DNA from: Malacoraja senta
Taxonomy: Eukaryota
DNA length: 64,000 nt
Reading direction: 5' to 3'
Assembly: GCA_038087875.1 (NCBI GenBank)
Contig: CM075992.1
Location: 12,402,001 to 12,466,000 of the forward strand
Below the pieces are notes generated by a model. It saw only the letters and a list, made by a program, of their open reading frames with translations. It made no database searches and was not told the DNA's origin. Made by a program: the position numbers and the translations under genes. Positions 61,526 to 64,000 of this stretch are shown one piece after another; position 1 is the stretch's first letter; each line of letters begins with the position of its first letter.

Positions 61526-61899
61526 AGGACATTACAGGAACAGGCCCATCGCCCCACAAAGTCCGTGCCGAACATGATGCCAATTTAAACCTCTGCCTGC
61601 ACGTGATCCATATCCCTACATTTCCTGCATACAAACATTCCTAACCAAACAACGTAATATCCACTATCGTATCAGCCTCCACCACCATTTCTGGCAGCAC
61701 ATTCCAGGCCCCCACCACTCTGTGTAAAAGACTTGTCCCCACATCTGTTCAACTTTGCACCTTGCATCTTAAAGCTGTGCCTTCTAATCTTTGACATTTC
61801 CACCCTGGGGGAAATGTTCTAAATGGCTACCCCATCATTGCTGCATAATTTTATATACTTCTGTCTGATCCATACTTAGCCTCGACAACCCAGAGAAAA

Positions 61900-62510
61900 C
61901 ACTTCCTGAACACCTCCGCAGTCCGCCAAGGCCAATGAGATCTCCCCGGTTGCTAAACACATTAACTCCTCCTCCCATTCCTATACTGACCTTTCTGTCC
62001 TGGGCCTCCTCCACTGTCAGAGTGAAGCCCAACACAAAATTGGAGAAACAGCACCTCATATTTCGATAGGGCAGCTTACAACCCAGTGGTTTGATAATAG
62101 ATTTCTCTAACTTCTAATAACCCTTGCTTTTCCTCTCTCCGTCCCACCCCACCCTCGTTCTCTGACTCGTGTCACTGTCCTCCCTGATTAATTTTACTGA
62201 TATTATGCCTTGTCATCATCTCCCACCCCCCCCTCCCCCAGCTACAATGAACCATTCAACATTTACTAGACCATTTCTTCTCTCCAGAGATGCTGCCGGT
62301 CCCGCTGAGTTACTCCAGCACTTTGTGTCTAACTGCTTGTCATAGTCTGCTTTGATCTGTTGTTTTCACACCTTAGCCTTCCATATCTCCAGTCTCCCTC
62401 TTCCCTAACTCTCAGATTGAAGAAGGGTCTCGACCCAAATCGTCACCCATTCCTTCTCTCCAGAGATGCTGCCGGTCTCACTGAGTTACTCCTGCTGTTT
62501 ATGTCCGTCT
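61900..62510 (+). mobile_element. Penelope-like element 3' fragment (GIY-YIG C-terminus and terminal repeats)
   Basis: Degenerate EHLR...PVAKH.NS..HS.TDLSVLGLLHC...EKQHLIFR.GSLQPSG. Confidence 0.7.
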
Positions 62511-63287
62511 CCAGAGAAAACAATCCCGGGTAGTCCAATGTCTCCTTAAAGCTAATGCCCTCTAATCCATGCAGCATTCTGGTAAAATGTTGCAGTTACG
62601 TAGGACTTTGGTTGGGCTGCATGTAGAGTATTGTTATAGCCGTTCAGGTTGCCCCATTGCAGGAGTGATGTGGAGGCTTTGACAAGGAGCAGAAGGAGTT
62701 TACAAGAATGCTGCCTGGATTAGAGGGCATTAGCTTTAAGGAGGCATTGGACTACCCTGGATAGTTTTCTCTGGAGATGGACATAAAAAAGCTGGAGTAA
62801 CTCAGTGAGAACAGACCCACAGATGTTACCTGACCCGCTAGGTTACTCCAGCACTATATATCTTTGGTATCAACAAGCATCTGCAGTCTTTGTTCCTACA
62901 TTTTTCAGAGCAGATAGTTGAGGCAGGTCTAATAACATTTACAAGCCATTTTGACATGTACATGGACAGGAAAGGTTTCGAGGAATTTGGGCCAATTTGT
63001 GGGCAAATGGAACTAGCTGAGATGTGGCGGCATGGATGAGTTGGGCTGAAGGGCCTGTTTCCGTGCTCTATAATCTGTGACTGTGGCCAGTCCCTGAAAT
63101 TCACCCCGACTCGGTCTGAGGGGAGTGACGTGGAGTGACAGACATTTCAGAAGGAGAGTGGGTGAAAGGAGACTGGATGATGCTGCTCTCTCCACAGAGC
63201 CAGTCCTCCAATTCCCAAACTCCACTGACTGTCTGATGACCTGTTGTAGTGTTGCCACACTCCCGTGTCTCTGTTCCTTTATTCCAG

Positions 63288-63383
63288 ATCCCCAGATGTC
63301 CACAGTGGAACAGACCCAGGGATCGTTGACTGGAGAATCCATCCAGGATTCGGCTTCTGTCCCAGTGGGAGATACATCCTCAG
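63288..63383 (+). CDS. Stalk exon S4
   Basis: ttccag|AT...TCAG|gtacca, 96 nt, phase 1-1, open: DPQMSTVEQTQGSLTGESIQDSASVPVGDTSS. Confidence 0.75.
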
Positions 63384-63703
63384 GTACCAAACCCTCTCAC
63401 ACATTTCCACTTGTCCTCATTAACCCTGTCATGGGTCATAGAGTGTTACAGTGTGGAAACAACTCGCCCACTGGCCAACATATTCCAGCCACACTAGCCC
63501 CACCTGCCAGCATTTGGTCCATATCCATCCAAACCTGTCCTATCCATGTACCTAGGTACACAAAAATGCTGGAGAAACTCAGCGGGTGCAACAGCATCTA
63601 TGGAGCGAAGGAAATAGGCAACGTTTCGGGCCGAAACCCTTCTTCAGACTGATAGGGGGTGGGGGGGGTGGGGGCGGGGAGAAGAAAGGAAAAAGGAGGA
63701 GGA

Positions 63704-63903
63704 NNNNNNNNNNNNNNNNNNNNNNNNNNNNNNNNNNNNNNNNNNNNNNNNNNNNNNNNNNNNNNNNNNNNNNNNNNNNNNNNNNNNNNNNNNNNNNNNN
63801 NNNNNNNNNNNNNNNNNNNNNNNNNNNNNNNNNNNNNNNNNNNNNNNNNNNNNNNNNNNNNNNNNNNNNNNNNNNNNNNNNNNNNNNNNNNNNNNNNNNN
63901 NNN
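63704..63903. other. Assembly gap (200 N)
   Basis: Run of N. Confidence 1.
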
Positions 63904-64000
63904 AGTAATGTCTAGATTGTCGCCGGTGCCACGTGTTAGTGAGGGTAGGAACAGGAAGATAGATCAGATGAATGCGTGGCTGAGGAGTTGTTGCAGGGGG

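Noticed and set aside
7728..63383. Assigning the symbol UMOD, GP2 or OIT3
   Set aside because: No EGF or ZP exons seen and the Cys pattern differs; orthology cannot be set from this window.

Overview
Eukaryotic, repeat-dense vertebrate DNA. The HE1/V-SINE, CR1, Tx1, Rex1, Penelope and DIRS repeat mix suggests a cartilaginous fish such as a skate or ray (inference). The ORF track hides the main signal, a spliced + strand host gene. It has four tandemly duplicated three-exon modules (A 142 nt, B 77 nt, C 165 nt; phase 1 in, phase 1 out), each encoding a uromodulin/GP2/OIT3-type D8C (D10C) cysteine-rich domain, followed by phase 1-1 mucin-like stalk exons (DP...SSG), one containing an (AEPQET)n minisatellite. 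The four domains differ almost only by clustered non-synonymous changes. These fall in the loops where two canonical disulfide pairs appear to have been lost, and the variants are shared among modules in a mosaic pattern, suggesting a diversifying recognition or decoy protein. No convincing signal-peptide exon and no ZP or TM exon was found in the window. The introns hold a nested TE stack (CR1 > non-autonomous ERV with tRNA-Ser PBS and gamma-type env remnant > DIRS tyrosine-recombinase element with ICR > CR1), plus Tx1/L1, CR1, Rex1, Penelope, V-SINEs, Harbinger-like MITEs and head-to-tail Helitron units. A 200-N gap lies at 63704-63903. All alignments and counts were done by eye.
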